A stretch of 64,000 nt of DNA from Torpedo marmorata (Eukaryota), in NCBI GenBank assembly GCA_977017645.1, contig OZ360224.1, positions 98,146,001 to 98,210,000 of the forward strand, written 5' to 3'. Shown here one piece after another: positions 1 to 13,144 of the stretch (position 1 is the stretch's first letter; the number at the start of each line of letters is the position of its first letter). Position numbers and translations under genes: made by a program. The notes under the pieces are model-generated. The model was not told the origin of the DNA. It saw nothing but the letters and a program-made list of their open reading frames with translations, and made no database searches.

Positions 1-959
1 ACTAAAAGAGATGTCAATAAATTTATTTCTCAAATGTATAAATTGTTTCAGAGGAAAATTCCTAAAGTAGGAATTCATAAATCAAGATTAAAATGGGAAT
101 TAGATTTGAATGTAATAATAGATGAAAATCATTGGAAAGAATTATGTAAATTAAGTATGACGAAGATTATTAATGTTAGATATAGATTAGTACAATACAA
201 TTTTTTTCATCAATTATATTTAACACCTAAAAAACTAAAGAAATTTAATCCGACATTATCAGGTTTATGTTTTAGATGTAATAAAGAGGAAGGTTCTTTT
301 GTACATTCTACATGGTTTTGTCCAAAAGTTTATGATTTTTGGTTGAAAGTTAAAAAATTTTTAGATAAAGTATTTAAGATTACATTTCCAATGGATCCTA
401 TGATATTTTTGTTCGGAGATATTAGAAAATTTAGTATTAAGATGAAATTAAACATGTATCAAATAGAATTTTTGCGAATTGCTTTAACTGTTTCAAAGAA
501 ATGTATTGCTATTACTTGGAAATCTGATTTAGGATTAGAAAGATGGCATGCAGAACTTCGTTCGTGTATACCACTTGAAAAAATTACTTATAAATTACGT
601 AACAAACATCATTTTTTCTTAAAAGTTTGAAGCCCATATATGAAAGTTGTTGGTTTAAGGATTTGAAGATCTCTGGGTATCGGATCTACTGGCATACCTG
701 ACCTCCATAATAGAATTAGTTTATAGATGTATGTTTTTTTTTAGATTGGCATTCTCGTTACTCTATCTTTTTCTTTCTTCTTTTTTTTTTCTTCTTTTTT
801 TATTTTTATTTTATATTTTTATTTTTATTAGATTAATGGGGTTGGGAGGGTTGGGGAGGGGAGGGTGGGTGAAAATGTATCACAAATATTTTGATAATTT
901 CATATTTTATTTTATGTATTTTGTGATTTAAAAATTTTAAATAAAATATTTTTAAAAAA
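1..959 (+). mobile_element. L1/Tx1-clade LINE 3' end (ORF2 C-terminal cysteine-rich region, 3' UTR, A tail)
   Basis: CFRC…GSFVHSTWFCP motif; nonsense codon at 628-630 where the sister copy at 57053-57586 has Trp; G-rich tract, AATAAA and A-rich tail. Confidence 0.85.
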
Positions 960-966
960 CAGCTTA

Positions 967-2847
967 CCGTATATTTCGGCGGATAAGTCGACCCCCCTTT
1001 TTCAGCCTCATTTTAATGGTTTTATGGTATATCTGGCGTATAAGTCGATCCCCAAAAATCGTGATGCCTGAGATGTTGCGCATTGACCGGCGTATAAGTC
1101 GACCCTCAAAAATCGCGATGATTGAGCTGCTGGGCGTTGACCGGCGTATAGGTCGACCCACAATGATCGCGCTGATTGAGCTGCTGGGCATTGGCTGGAG
1201 GTGATTGTTATCATGGAGGGTCAATTGAAACGACGAAAGTATGAGGCGAGTTTTAAATTGAAAGTTATAGAAATGGCCAAGAAAACCAACAACTGTGCTG
1301 CTGCAAGAAAATTTGATATATACGAGAAGTTGGTAAGAGATTGGAGGAAGAAAGAAGATACTTTAAGAAAAATACCAAAAAGGCAATGTTCGATGAGAAG
1401 AGGTATCACTCGTTGGCCAGAGTTGGAAAATCACGTCGCAACATGGGTACGTGAACAGAGGCAAGATTGCTACATAGTCACCCGAAATAAAATAAGAACA
1501 TTTGCACTGAACGGGGCAAAGTCGCACCCAGAACTCAGTAATGATTTTGAAGCTACAGTAGGCTGGTGCAACCGTTTTATGAACAGGAAAAATCTGGTAT
1601 TACGACAAAAAACTAAAATTGCTCAGAAACTACCAAAAGATCTTGATCATAAAGTTGTAAGTTTTCACCAGTTTATTTTACGTAACCGGCAGAAACACAA
1701 GTTTGCATTGGCAAATATTGGAAACATGGACGAAACCTCCATGAATTTTGACATGATAGGCAATAGAACAGTGGAATGGAAAGGTGTGAAAACTGTGCAA
1801 ACGAGGAGTACAGGACATGAAAGGACCAGGTTTACTGTGGTGTTATCGTGCATGGCCGACGGGACAAAGTTAAGACCCATGGTAATCTTCAAACGCAAAT
1901 TTAAACCTAAAATAAAATTCCCTGCAGGTATTTTTGTACATTTTCATGAAAAACGATGGATGAAAATAGTGTAAAACTATGGATAGACAATGTGTTGAAC
2001 AGGCAGCCAGGCGGTTTATGCAAGGAATGGAGTTTGCTGGTCTGGGATATGTTTCGTAGCCACTTAACTGAGAAGACTATAAGTAGATTAGCACAACATA
2101 ATACTTACATAGCGGTTATCCCGGGTGGTTTGACGTCTATATTGCAACCTCTCGATGTCTGCTTGAACAAGCCATTCAAAGACCATGTGCATGAAGAGTG
2201 GAATACATGGATGTCGAGTGCAGAAAAATCCTTTACAAAAGGCGGGGCAATGCGTGCTGCATCGCTTGATGTGCTGTGTGACTTCGTGCTCAAGGCATGG
2301 GTCAAAGTGAAAGTAGAGACTATAAATAAAATCGTTTAAAAAGTGCGGTATCTCTTGTGCAATTGATGGCACGGAAGATGATTTACTGTGGGACACTGAC
2401 GACGAAGCTGAAGACGCCTCATCAGATACAGACTGGGACCCGTATGATGACTGTTTAAACAGTGAGACCCCGGATATGCTTGCCGAGATCTTTGCCTCAG
2501 AGGATGATAGCGAAAGTGATTTTGAAGGGTTCTAAATGTCTTGTTGTTTTCAATAAAAATGTCAATGAAAATTTGTTGCAGTCGGGTTTTTTTTTGGTTT
2601 TTCAAGGGTCGACTTATACGCCGAATTGTGTTTTCAGGGGTTGACTTATACGCCGAATCGTGTTTTCAGGGGTCGACTTATACGCCGAATCGTGTTTTCA
2701 GGGGTCGACTTATACGCCGAATCGGCGTGAACTCGATTTTGAGCTGATTTTAAGGTCTCAAAAGTATATCCGGCATATAAGTCGACCCCCGTTTTTTGAG
2801 ACATTTTTGAGGGTTTCAAGGGTCGACTTATACGCCGAAATATACGG
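967..2847 (+). mobile_element. pogo-superfamily DNA transposon (POGK/Passer-like), full length, transposase frameshifted
   Basis: TIRs CCGTATATTTCGGCG(G/T)ATAAGTCGACCC at both ends; TA TSD at 965-966 and 2848-2849; internal transposase. Confidence 0.93.
1213..2535 (+). pseudogene. pogo transposase (Brinker-type DBD + CENP-B HTH + DDE), two frameshifts
   Basis: MEGQLKRRKYEASFKLKV…; IGNMDET; LVWDMFRSH; LQPLDVCLNKPFK; C-terminus …SDFEGF*. Frameshifts near 1955 and 2330. Confidence 0.9.
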
Positions 2848-3290
2848 TAATACTGATTACCTTGGTTCTGGAGTATAGTTGCTGTCAATTGAACAGTTTC
2901 CCATTGGTTCAGAGGTTTTGCTCTATGCCTGCAAGAAGGTTGTTGGAGGTGAGGGGCACCATTGTCCCAAGAATGACTGAGTTTGTTGCTCGCCTTCACT
3001 GTAATCAGTCCTGCTAAAGATCTTTCAGTTATGATCATGGCTTACATGCAGCCATGAGTAAATGTAAAATGAAAATGAATTTCTGTGGGCACCTGAAATT
3101 GATCAGTGTTCCAGACCATCCTAATTGATGGAGTTAAAGGCTTTAGTGAAGTTGAGAAAGGGCATATATTGTGGCCAGCACTGTTCCTTGCAGCCTGAAT
3201 GAGATAGATGGTCCAGCTGTCCCTTTCTTGAATTCTTTGTTTATTTGCTAATGTCTTGCATGCATAAATGGCCTTGGTATTCCTATGTGC

Positions 3291-4593
3291 AAGTTCAAGT
3301 TTATTTATCATCCGATTGTACAACCCTACAAAACAGCATTCTCTGGTCCACGGTGCAAAAACAGTGCAAACACACATAAAGAAAAACGATACATATACCT
3401 GTCTTATATACATATATTAAAAATAAATATTAATAAATAGTAGAGCCACAGGGAGTTGTTTCAGCAGTTCAACAGTCATTCAGCAGTCTCACTGTCCATG
3501 GGAAGAGCTGTTCCTCAGCCTGATGGTTCTGGCTCTAATACTTTGGATCTCTTCCCCGACGAGAGTAGCTGGAAGATACTGTTTGCAGCGTGGTAGGGGT
3601 CCTCAAAGATTTTGCGAGCCCTCTTCAAACAACAATCCCGTTAAATCACATCTATGGGGATGGGGTGGGGAGGGAGACCCCAGTGATCCTCTCCACTTTA
3701 CTGGTCCTGTGGATTGACCTCCGATCCGATGCTCTACAGCAGTGGTTTTCAAACTGCCCCCCTAAACTCACATTTCCACATTAAGCAATCCCTATGCCAT
3801 AAGTGCTCTGTGATTAGTAAGGGATTGCTTACGGTGGTATGTGAGTGGAAAGAAAAAGTTTGAAAACCACTGTTTTAATCGTACCTAATTGACTTGTTAT
3901 GTGCACGGTTTCATCAGTCCAAAGGAAATGGGCCAATGACAATTTTTCTCAAGCAAAACATTTCAGTAACAATTGGGTCTAGAGCAGTGGTTCTCAACCT
4001 TCCCTTCCCACTCACATACCACCTTAAGCAATCCCTTACTAATCACAGAGCACTTATGGCATAGGGATTGCTTAAGGTGGAATGTGAGTTTAGGGGGGCA
4101 GTTTGAAAACCACTGCTCTACAGCAGCCGTACCACATTGTGATGCAGCTGGCAGGATGCTCTTGATAGAGCTCCTGTAGAAAGTTGACAGAATATGGCTG
4201 GTTGTCTTGCCCACCTCAGCCTTCTAAGGTGCGCCTTCCTGACAAGTGAGGAGATGTTGTGTCCAGGATAGGTCACTTCTTAAGTGGAGTCCGAGGAACT
4301 TGGTGCTCTCCACTACCGAGCTACTAATGTGTAGTGGAGGGTGGTCTTCTCTGGTCCTCCTGAAGTCCACAATCATCTCCTTTGTCTCGTTCACGTTGAG
4401 ACTCAGGTTGTTATATTCGCACCATTTTATGAGATTTTCTCTTCTCTGTATTGCAACTCATCGTTGTCACTGATGATGCCAACTAGTCATGTCATCTGCA
4501 AACTTGATGACTCTGTTGGAGCTGGATTGGCATTGCAGTTGTGGGTCAGTAGCGTGAACAGGAGTGGGTTGAGCACACAGCCCTGTGGTGCGC
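3291..4593 (-). mobile_element. Rex1/Babar LINE fragment interrupted by a hAT MITE
   Basis: Degenerate GAPQGCVLSP and KFADD (ORF 4467..4658) plus a Rex1-type C-terminus and tail. Confidence 0.75.
3740..4115. mobile_element. Composite hAT (Charlie-type) MITE
   Basis: TIR CAGTGGTTTTCAAACT; 8-bp TSD CTCTACAG at 3732-3739 and 4116-4123; two inverted ~132-bp sub-units, each with its own TIRs. Confidence 0.9.
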
Positions 4594-5968
4594 CAGATCC
4601 AAACCAAAGCATAAATGCTGATTTCTATAAGCTGACTGATATCCAAATTAGTTGTCAAAAGTTATATGCCTTAATAATAGTTAACATCATCTCAATTTCA
4701 TGGTATGCATCACCTCAGAAAATACTTCAATCAATGTGTCATCTTCCGGACTAAATGCCAGTTTCTCAATGTTTTCATTTTCTGGTATTTACACCTTTGA
4801 AACCCTATAACTTTTTCTGAAGGTCATGTAGCATGAGGTCATGACCAGAAAGACACCTGATCTCATGTCTCGGCAAGAGTACTAATAATGTCTCTGTGCT
4901 TAAGGTCTATGACAACAATTTCAGTCGTAAACCATGTCTGGATCAAACTATTCTTCTTGAGCAATATTTTTCTTTTCAAATTTTCAGCAACCACTTTGAA
5001 TTATACCTTTTTTTCCCCAAAAAGGGGGGTCCATGGAGTCTTGTTAAACTCTAACACCAAAATACTATTAGATTGTAATGTGCTGACACAAGTGAGAGAA
5101 TATAAAAGCCTACAACAACAAACTAGAATTACTGCAAGTACTATTTTGGTACAATGTTCACAAACAATTACTTGGAGAATTCTATTTTGTACAAGTAGAC
5201 TATAAATAACAGTACGTTTGATGTTTCTCTGAGATTAGTCCTTGAAGCATTCTGTCTGATTCAGTATGATATCTGCAATTGTGAATACAAACAGAATGAG
5301 TTAAACCCGTTTAGCCAATGCTCACTGCAGTCAATTGTACATCATTAAAAATGCTCCCATTATTTTTAATTTATCAAGTGATCCTTGTGCAAAACAAATA
5401 ATTATTTGTTAGTCACAGCACTGAAGTGCAAAATGAGAAAAGTCAGATGTCCTGCCAATAATGTGCCTTTATTGAATTACGTATGAGTAACATACTCAAG
5501 ATATTTTAACATTCAAGAGATTTTCAGGTTCATAAAAACAGTAGCACAGGACACTGGGACAAAATAAGGCCATGCAGCCTCCAAATTTATTCCCCCATTT
5601 ATGCCTGACATGATCTTTGCCTGATCCTCAAAGTTCCTTACACCAAACACCCACTCCAGATTAGAAGCAAATTAATGACTAATCATCTACATTTTACCAG
5701 GGTGGCAAATCCCAAAGGTTCCTAACCTTTTGAGAAATTACTCCTCATCTCATTGTGAAGTGAGAGTGTGGCCAACCCCTTGTCCTATGACAGTGCCCCC
5801 GAGTTCTAGAATTCTGCAGCAGGGGAAATATTTTCACATCATCTGTCCTGTGAAGTCCCCTTTGAATCATGCTAATTTCAATAAGAACACATCACTTCCA
5901 AATTCCATGTAGCAAAGGGCTGTCCTGCTCAATTGTTTCCTCACAGGATAACCAGCTATTTCTAGGAA

Positions 5969-7725
5969 TCACTTTTCACACCGCCGATTACATGTGGGTT
6001 AACCCACCAATTTAGCGGGTCAAATCCCGCGAATCGCGCGGTGTGAAACGTCAAAACCGGGCAGGGCGAGTCAAAATCAACCGGGCTCTGACACTTGGTA
6101 GGGGCAAGTGTCAGAGCCCGGCCAAGTTAACTCACTAATCGCCTTCTGGCGGTGTGAGTGGTCTACTTGACTTACCAGGTACCATTAGTGACCTTAGTGC
6201 CTGCGTGCTTGCGTCAGTCTGGCAATTATATTTCACGGCGCGGCCGACTGTGAATGTCCTAACGGTTTCATTCGTGATGGCGTCACATCCCGCAAAGGCA
6301 CCAGCAACAAAATCAACAACAATAAAAATGCAAAATACACCATAATTTGCTTCCCGGTTATATCACAACCGGGGCTGTTCATAAAAATGTCCAGCGAGAG
6401 TGGAGAATGGTGTGAGGGAAAGATAGCAGTCTGAAACCTTGGGGGAATATGAACACAGAAATGTATCAATTACTTTCAAGAACGTTAATGCAAAAATACT
6501 ATCTGCAGAGAATGCGGCATTCACTATTTCCTGAACGTTGCTGCCGGACTCTGAAAATGCTCTTGTCAAGCAAGGAGGTCCTCAAACGTGGGGCAATAAT
6601 GAATGGTGAATCCCTCCGACCAACTGCATACACACACCAAATGCTATACGTAGAATCTGCGCTCTGATTTGTCCAGGGCCCATTGTGGGGATTGAAATCC
6701 TCAAGCCTTGTTTCAAATGAGAATGTCACTGCATTTTTCACTGTGATATTAAAATGTACTCTCAATTAATATGTGTTTTTTTCTGAGATGTTACATGATT
6801 TAACATTGTATTTCGTGCTAATCTGCCTGTTCTGAGTAGGTTGGTGAGATCGAAGCAGCTCAGGGTCAGGGCCAGAAAGAAGGACTGACAGATTGGGAGG
6901 CGGATTCCCGAGGAATCTGGTTTAGCACAAGTACAAAGGACCGAATGCATCCACGTGAAACTCAGCCTCCGAGACAACTACTGCAGAACATCTGTGAAAT
7001 CTATCTCACACTCAAAATTCCAACAGCAAAAGCCGTGCACACAGTCCACCTCTCTAATCTTGCCCGGTCTTCTCGCCTTTCATCCGACTCACGTTTATTA
7101 TTCATTTCATACATTTCATCTTCACTGTCACCAACAATCCATTTTAATTTTAAAGTTTCATCCCACTGAGATTCTATGCAAGATCCTATGCTCGGTGGAG
7201 TTATTGGCGTTTCGTATGACAAAACTTTGGATTTTTAATTCAGTCTAACCGCTGAACCTTCAAATGTCTGCGGCGTTTGGTGTGCCATTTACAAACTCTA
7301 CAAAATCCAGTTTGCATTTTTTTCTCTCTCAGGGGTTATTGAATCCAATGTCAGTTAATAAGGTGAAACTCCGCAGAAAAGAACATGTCATTTACATTCG
7401 TTTGCTCTTTATTTAGTTCTGATACACACGCACAAAATATTCCGAAATCTCTAATCTCATACCAATGTCTTATGTGTAGCGATTCAAATCGCTGTTCCAT
7501 GAATTAGTCGGTGGGGCTGTGAAATGTTACTGTGCAGTCAGCTGGGCTGTCAGAGCGCTGTACGTAATACGTCACTCGTGACGTCACTGCTGGAGGCGGG
7601 ACCCCCCTTAAAATCCCGAGTTGCCGAATTACCTGCAAATAATGGTGCAATGCGAAAGGCCTTCGAGTGCAGCATGCCCTGCAATTTTTCCCGCTTCCTA
7701 GGAGGGTTGGCAGTGTGAAAGGGGC
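5969..7725. mobile_element. Probable non-autonomous PIF/Harbinger-like element
   Basis: Degenerate TIRs (tcacttttcacaccgcc … ggcagtgtgaaaggggc), GAA/TAA flanks, CpG-richer ends, internal palindromes. No transposase recognised. Confidence 0.45.
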
Positions 7726-8145
7726 TAATGTAGCATATCATCTTTGCTGCTCTATCTTCATGGCTGCATATTTGTCATTGCTTCATTCAGCTTTGCTAAA
7801 TAAGAGTCACATAGAGGAAAAAAAAAGGTATTTTAAGCTGCAATAGTTTTAGTAATTGGTACTAAATTACTAAAGTAAGTGATGGGTTCAATTATGTATT
7901 GAGGTAAAGGACTCTCCTGGCTGCCAAAGGGATCAAAAGAATTAATTCGACTTGAACCTTCTGTAAATTGGGCTCCCATCGATTTCTTTTTGTGCTATCA
8001 TTATTGCTTCAATCAGGTGAAATTCTTTGAAAATACAGAGTTGGATAATGTGCATTTAACAAGATTTTTGCTCTTCATTATCTTTATTCAACAAAGCAAC
8101 ATGCAATGAGTGGAAGCCATTCGGAGCTGACTCTTAAGACTCACT

Positions 8146-8490
8146 TACCATTTTTACACAGAAGTAACGGGATTTTCCCGTCATCAATATGCATACTTAC
8201 CCTCCGGAGTGGCCGTTCACACAGGATGGACATTTACACTAACTTCCTGCGTTGTGGTGATTCCGGAGGGTGGACGTCGACTAGAACGTCGTATTCATTA
8301 GCCCATTTTTGCGGACCGCCTGCAGTTCAGTTTAGACTGCAGGCAGTCCGCAAAAATGTCTAGGGCTGCTGCAGGAAAAATGTCGGGACAGAAATTAGAA
8401 ACTAATTTCCGTCACGACATTTTTACACAGCCAGCATAACGGGAAATTTCTGAGAATTTCCTGTTATGCTGCGGCTGAGTAAAAGTGGTA
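8146..8490. mobile_element. Small TIR element (Harbinger-like MITE)
   Basis: ttaccatttttacacag … ctgagtaaaagtggtaa (15/17 inverted match); internal palindrome near 8432-8471. Confidence 0.55.
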
Positions 8491-9004
8491 AATGTCACAA
8501 AAGCCATGCAGACAAAAGAGTTTCTTGGGAGTTCCTTGTTAAAATTATCCCAATTACAAAGTTGCTTGTCTTTCGCAGAAACAGGCAAGTTGTTACTAGA
8601 AATGCAGGTCCTGAATGCATTTACTGGCAACAACCAAAAAAAAAGACATGCTAGAATCAGCAACAAGAGTTAAAGGTTTTGCCCAAACAGATCAAGCTTA
8701 TTAACAAGAATCAATAAATCACATTAAAACATACTCTGAATCTGGAAGTTAATATCAGGGACAATTATTCAAAACTTTGGTAAAAGATTTTTGAAATGGG
8801 TCAAAGAACTTTTTGCAGTAAAAACCCAAAACACTGGACATACTGTAATATTTTGACATTTACCAATTTTTTAAAGGGATAATGTAAACGAGATTTAAAA
8901 AAATCATTCATGGCATGTCAGTGTTACTGGATAGACCAGTAATTATGGCTTATCTTCAATTGACCTCGACAAGCTACCTTTTTGAATGCAAAGGAACTCA
9001 CAGG

Positions 9005-9862
9005 AGAGTGAAACAAGAAAGTCCGCAGAGGCTGTGATTGTAGTAAATACACAAAAGTGCTGAAGAAACTCAGCAGGTCCCACAGCGTCCATAGGAGGCA
9101 AAGAAAAATAACTAACGTTTCGGGCCTGAGCCCTTTGTCAAGGTATGAGCACAAAGCAGGCAGGTGCTTGAATAAAAAGGTAGGGGGAGGAGGGGTCAGG
9201 GGGAGGAGCATAGGACAACAACCAAAGGCAAAAGGTGGACGGATGGAAAGGAGGGCAGGAGAGAAAAGGTTAGAATTGATCAGGAGAGGGCAGGGTAGCT
9301 CTGTGAATGCAATGCTGGAGGAAAGGAGATAGAGGGATAGGGAAAGAGAACGAGACAAGGGGTGGGGAGCTGGAGGAAAAGAGACAGAGATAGGGAGCGA
9401 GAGAGGCAGGTGGGGGAGGGGGGAGGGGGATGCTAACGGAAACTAGATAAGTCAATGTTAATGCCATCTCGTTGGAGGGTGCCCAGATGGAATATGAGAT
9501 GTTGTTCCTCCAATTTACAGATGGTCTCTGTTGGGCAGTGCATGAGACCATGGACAAAATTGTCATGGGAATGGGGCAGGGAATTGAAATGGGTTACAGC
9601 AAACAGAGGGAAGGTGCTCAATGAAGCAATCTACCAGCCATTGTCCAGTCTCTCTGATGTACAGGAGGCCACAAAGAGAGCACCGGGTGCAGCCGATGAC
9701 CCCTGTAGATTCACAAGTGAAGTGTTGCTTCACTTGGAAGGGTCATTTGGGGCCCTAAATGGTGGTGAGCGAGGAGGTGTGGGCGCAAGTGTAGCATTTC
9801 CTGTGGTCACAGGAGTAGGTACCAAGTGGGTGATTGGTGGGAAGGGATAAGTGGCTGAGGGA
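9005..9862 (-). mobile_element. Penelope-like element 3' fragment (GIY-YIG endonuclease C-terminus + pseudo-LTR)
   Basis: …VTHFNSLPHSH…KLEEQHLIFHLGTLQRDGINID, then a purine/pyrimidine-biased tract and the ctgctgagtt…cagca terminal repeat. Confidence 0.75.
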
Positions 9863-10847
9863 ATAGCTTTTATGTAAGTACACTCAAATAAGGTCTGCAC
9901 AGGGCCCTAATGGATAAAAATATCACTAGCAATTTGTCCTGCACAAAACTGATGTGGATCAACTAGTCAGCACCATTTTAATGTTTCAGATGAGATGCAA
10001 CTTCTAGATCACTACTGGTTAATCTATAAGTTCCTAGTCAATAACTCCCACCATTAACAATTGCACCCTACCACGCTCACCAAAATGATCCCCGCTGCAG
10101 GACTCAACAATAAGAATGCTCAATGTTGCTTGCAATTTATCTACCCAAGTCAGAACATTTTTGAAAATAAATGGAATAGCTGAAGATGGTTGGGCCGTGG
10201 ACACTGACTTAAGGCACTCCTTCAGCAGTGTCCTGAAGGTGAATGTGTCCTAAAGCTGCCAAGAGTGGAACACATCTTGAAAGGACGATAACATTGGACA
10301 ATGTACATATGCACCAAAATTCCTATTTGCTGCAGCCAGACAGCTACTTCATAAAAAAGACTACAATAGTATACATAACTGAATTAAAAAGAGACTATAA
10401 ATACAAAAGATAGATAAAAAAATATTCAGTTATCCCAGTGCAGAAAAAAACAGAAGTGACTTTGCAATAGTTCAGATAGTCCTTTTGTAGTGTATTATTG
10501 TAACATGGGGAGGTTCAAGAGCCTGACAGCTGTTGGAAAGAAACTGGGGTACTGGTCTTCAGATTTATCACCTTTATGCCCGAAGGTAGCAGTGAGAAGA
10601 GGTTGTGACTAGGGCGATGGGTTGTGAAAGACCTGGCTAAGTTTGCTACCTTCTGTGATCCTGAGCATTCAAATTCCCATACCAGGCTGTGATGCAACCA
10701 GTCAGTATACATTCCACAGTGCACCTGTAGAAGTTGACAGATTATCAAATCTCTGCAGATTCCTTAGAAAGTAGGAAAGGTGTACCTTCTTAACAGTTGC
10801 CTTGATATGCTGGCTCCAGGAGAGGTCTTCTGAAATATGGACTCCCA

Positions 10848-12380
10848 TAGAACCACAGAACACTACAGCACAAAAACAGGCCTTTCGCCCATCTACAGAA
10901 TGTCGAACTATATTTTTCCTCCTGGTCCCAACGACCTTCACCCAAACCATGGTCCTCCATACCCCTCCAATCCTTTTAGCTATCCACCTTCTCTTAAATG
11001 TTGAAATTGAACCCACATGCACAACCTCTGCTGCCAGTTCATTCCACACTCACCACCTATGGAAACAGCACTTCTAAGGTCATTACACTGAGCACGGGGG
11101 CTCCCCAGGGCTGTGTGCTTAGTCTATTGCTGTTCACCCTACTGACTCATGACGGTGCAGTGAAACACAGCTCGAATCACATCATAAAGTTCGCTGATGA
11201 TACGACCGTGGTGGGCCTTATCAGTAAGAACGATGAGTCAGCATACAGAGATGAGGTGCAGTCGCTAATGGAATGGTGCGGAGCCAACAACCTGCATCTG
11301 AATGTAAACAAAACAAAAGAGTTGGTTGTCGACTTCAGAAGGGCCCGGGGGATCATTCTCCATTGACCATGGACGGCTCTACCGTTGAGGTCGTAAAGAG
11401 TACCAAGTTTCTTGGAGTGCACTTGGCGGAGAGTCTCAGCTGGTCCCTCAACACCAGTTCCATAGTCAAGAAAGCCCAGCAGCGTCTTTACATCCTGCGA
11501 AGGCTGAGGAAAGTTCATCTCCCACCCCCTATCCTTACTACATTCTACAGGGGATGTATTGAGAGTATTCTGAGCAATTGCATCACCGCTTGGTTTGGTA
11601 ACTGTACCATCTCGGACCGAAAGACCCTGCAGAGGATAGTGGGGTCAGCGGAGAAAATTATTGGAGTCTCTATCCCCACCATGACGGACATCTACAACAC
11701 ACGATGCATGAGGAAGGCTAAAAACATTGTGAAGGACTTCTCACACCCCTTTGGTAAACTGTTTTCCCTTTTGCCATCTGGAAGGAGGTACCGAAGCACT
11801 CGGGCTCGTACGTCCAGACTGTGGAACAGTTTTTTCCCCCAAGCCATCAGGCTCCTCAATTCATAGATATATATGTGTATTAGCATGTTATAGTTTTTCT
11901 ATTGTATTACGATATTTATGTACATCTGCCCATGGTCCTGGAGAAACGCTATCTCGTCTTACTGTGTATATGGTAATGAACGACAAATAAAGGTGACTTG
12001 ACTTGAGTGAAGAAGTTCCCCCGAATGTTCCCCTTAAACATTTTACCTTTCATCCTTAACCCATGTCCTCTAGTTCTTGTCTCACCCAACCTCAGTGGAA
12101 AAGGACTGTTTGCATTTACCCCTTATAATTGTGCATACCTCTATCAAATCTCCCCTCATTCTCCGACGCTCCAGGAATAAAATCCTAACCTATTCAACCT
12201 TTCCCAAAACTCAAGTCTTCAAGTTCCAGCAACATCCTTGTAAATTTGCTCTGCACTCTTTTAACTCTTTTAATCTAATTGATATCTTTGCTGTAGGTAA
12301 CTGACCAAAACTGCACACAATACTCCAAATCTGGCCTCAACAATGTCTTATACAACTTCAACATAACATCCCAACTCCTG
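10848..12380 (-). mobile_element. CR1 LINE 3' fragment, itself interrupted by Rex1
   Basis: Tail catagaaccacagaac; collinear with the CR1 at 59915-60905 across the 11058/12006 break. Confidence 0.8.
11059..12005 (+). mobile_element. Rex1/Babar LINE, 5'-truncated
   Basis: TGAPQGCVLS, KFADDTTVVG, KKAQQRLY…FFPQAIRLLN; tail gacaaataaa…(gactt)n. Confidence 0.88.
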
Positions 12381-13144
12381 TTACCTGAAACTTGAAGGTA
12401 TTAACCCTCTCCACCTCCATCCCAGGCGTGTGATCCTTCAGCCTAAAACCAACAATAAACACTTTGCTCTTGGTGGTGTTGAGAGCAAGACTGCTGTTCT
12501 GGCATTACCCAACAGACTGACATTCCACTGGTTCATGGTGGTCTATTGACATGTGATTAATCAATGTGAACAGATGAACTAAAACTTGATGCAAACTAGA
12601 AAAGCATTGTAAATAATTACGAGAAATAATGGGCAACAGGAATTTCATGAAAGCTATTGAAATAGTTATTAGTTTAGTACAAAAAAATGACTTGAGTTTA
12701 TTGACATGACTGTAACCACAATGCAATTCATTCGACACAAAGTGCCGTGGGACGTCTTTGAAAGATATGATGAGCTGCTGCTTAAATAAGTTTTCCTTTT
12801 CTGGGAGTGTAGGATGCTTGGAATGTAATATCTACAATCACATTGCACCACAATCAACACAAAATAAAATGATGAATCACAAAGCCAAAAATAAACTAGA
12901 AGTCATAATTAAACATTGGAGCAACAAGAAAAAAATTGCAGATGCTAGAAATTCAAACCAAAACCAAAGAGAAGATGCAAGGAACACCAAGGTCAGGCAG
13001 GAGCTGTATGACGAAAAACAGTATTCATGCTTTGGGTCAAGGACCTGCATCTGAAAACAAGCTTGTGACATATTGCAGAAAGAAGGAAAGGTGGAGAGAA
13101 GAGTGATACAAGTTTATTTGCCACAAAATATGTAGAACAGTCAG

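Larger units (their letters stand above)
10290..12560 (-). mobile_element. Rex1/Babar fragment split by a CR1 insertion (10848-12380)
   Basis: Rex1 C-terminal coding remnants at 10500-10847 resume at about 12381 (gaaacttgaagg…ccctctccacc). Confidence 0.65.

Noticed and set aside
2597-2722. 31-bp direct repeats resembling a CRISPR array
   Set aside because: No unique spacers; they are subterminal repeats of the pogo element in eukaryotic DNA.
7001-7222. RAR…AF..GIL similarity to a Harbinger transposase motif
   Set aside because: Too weak, and no other catalytic motifs were recognised nearby.
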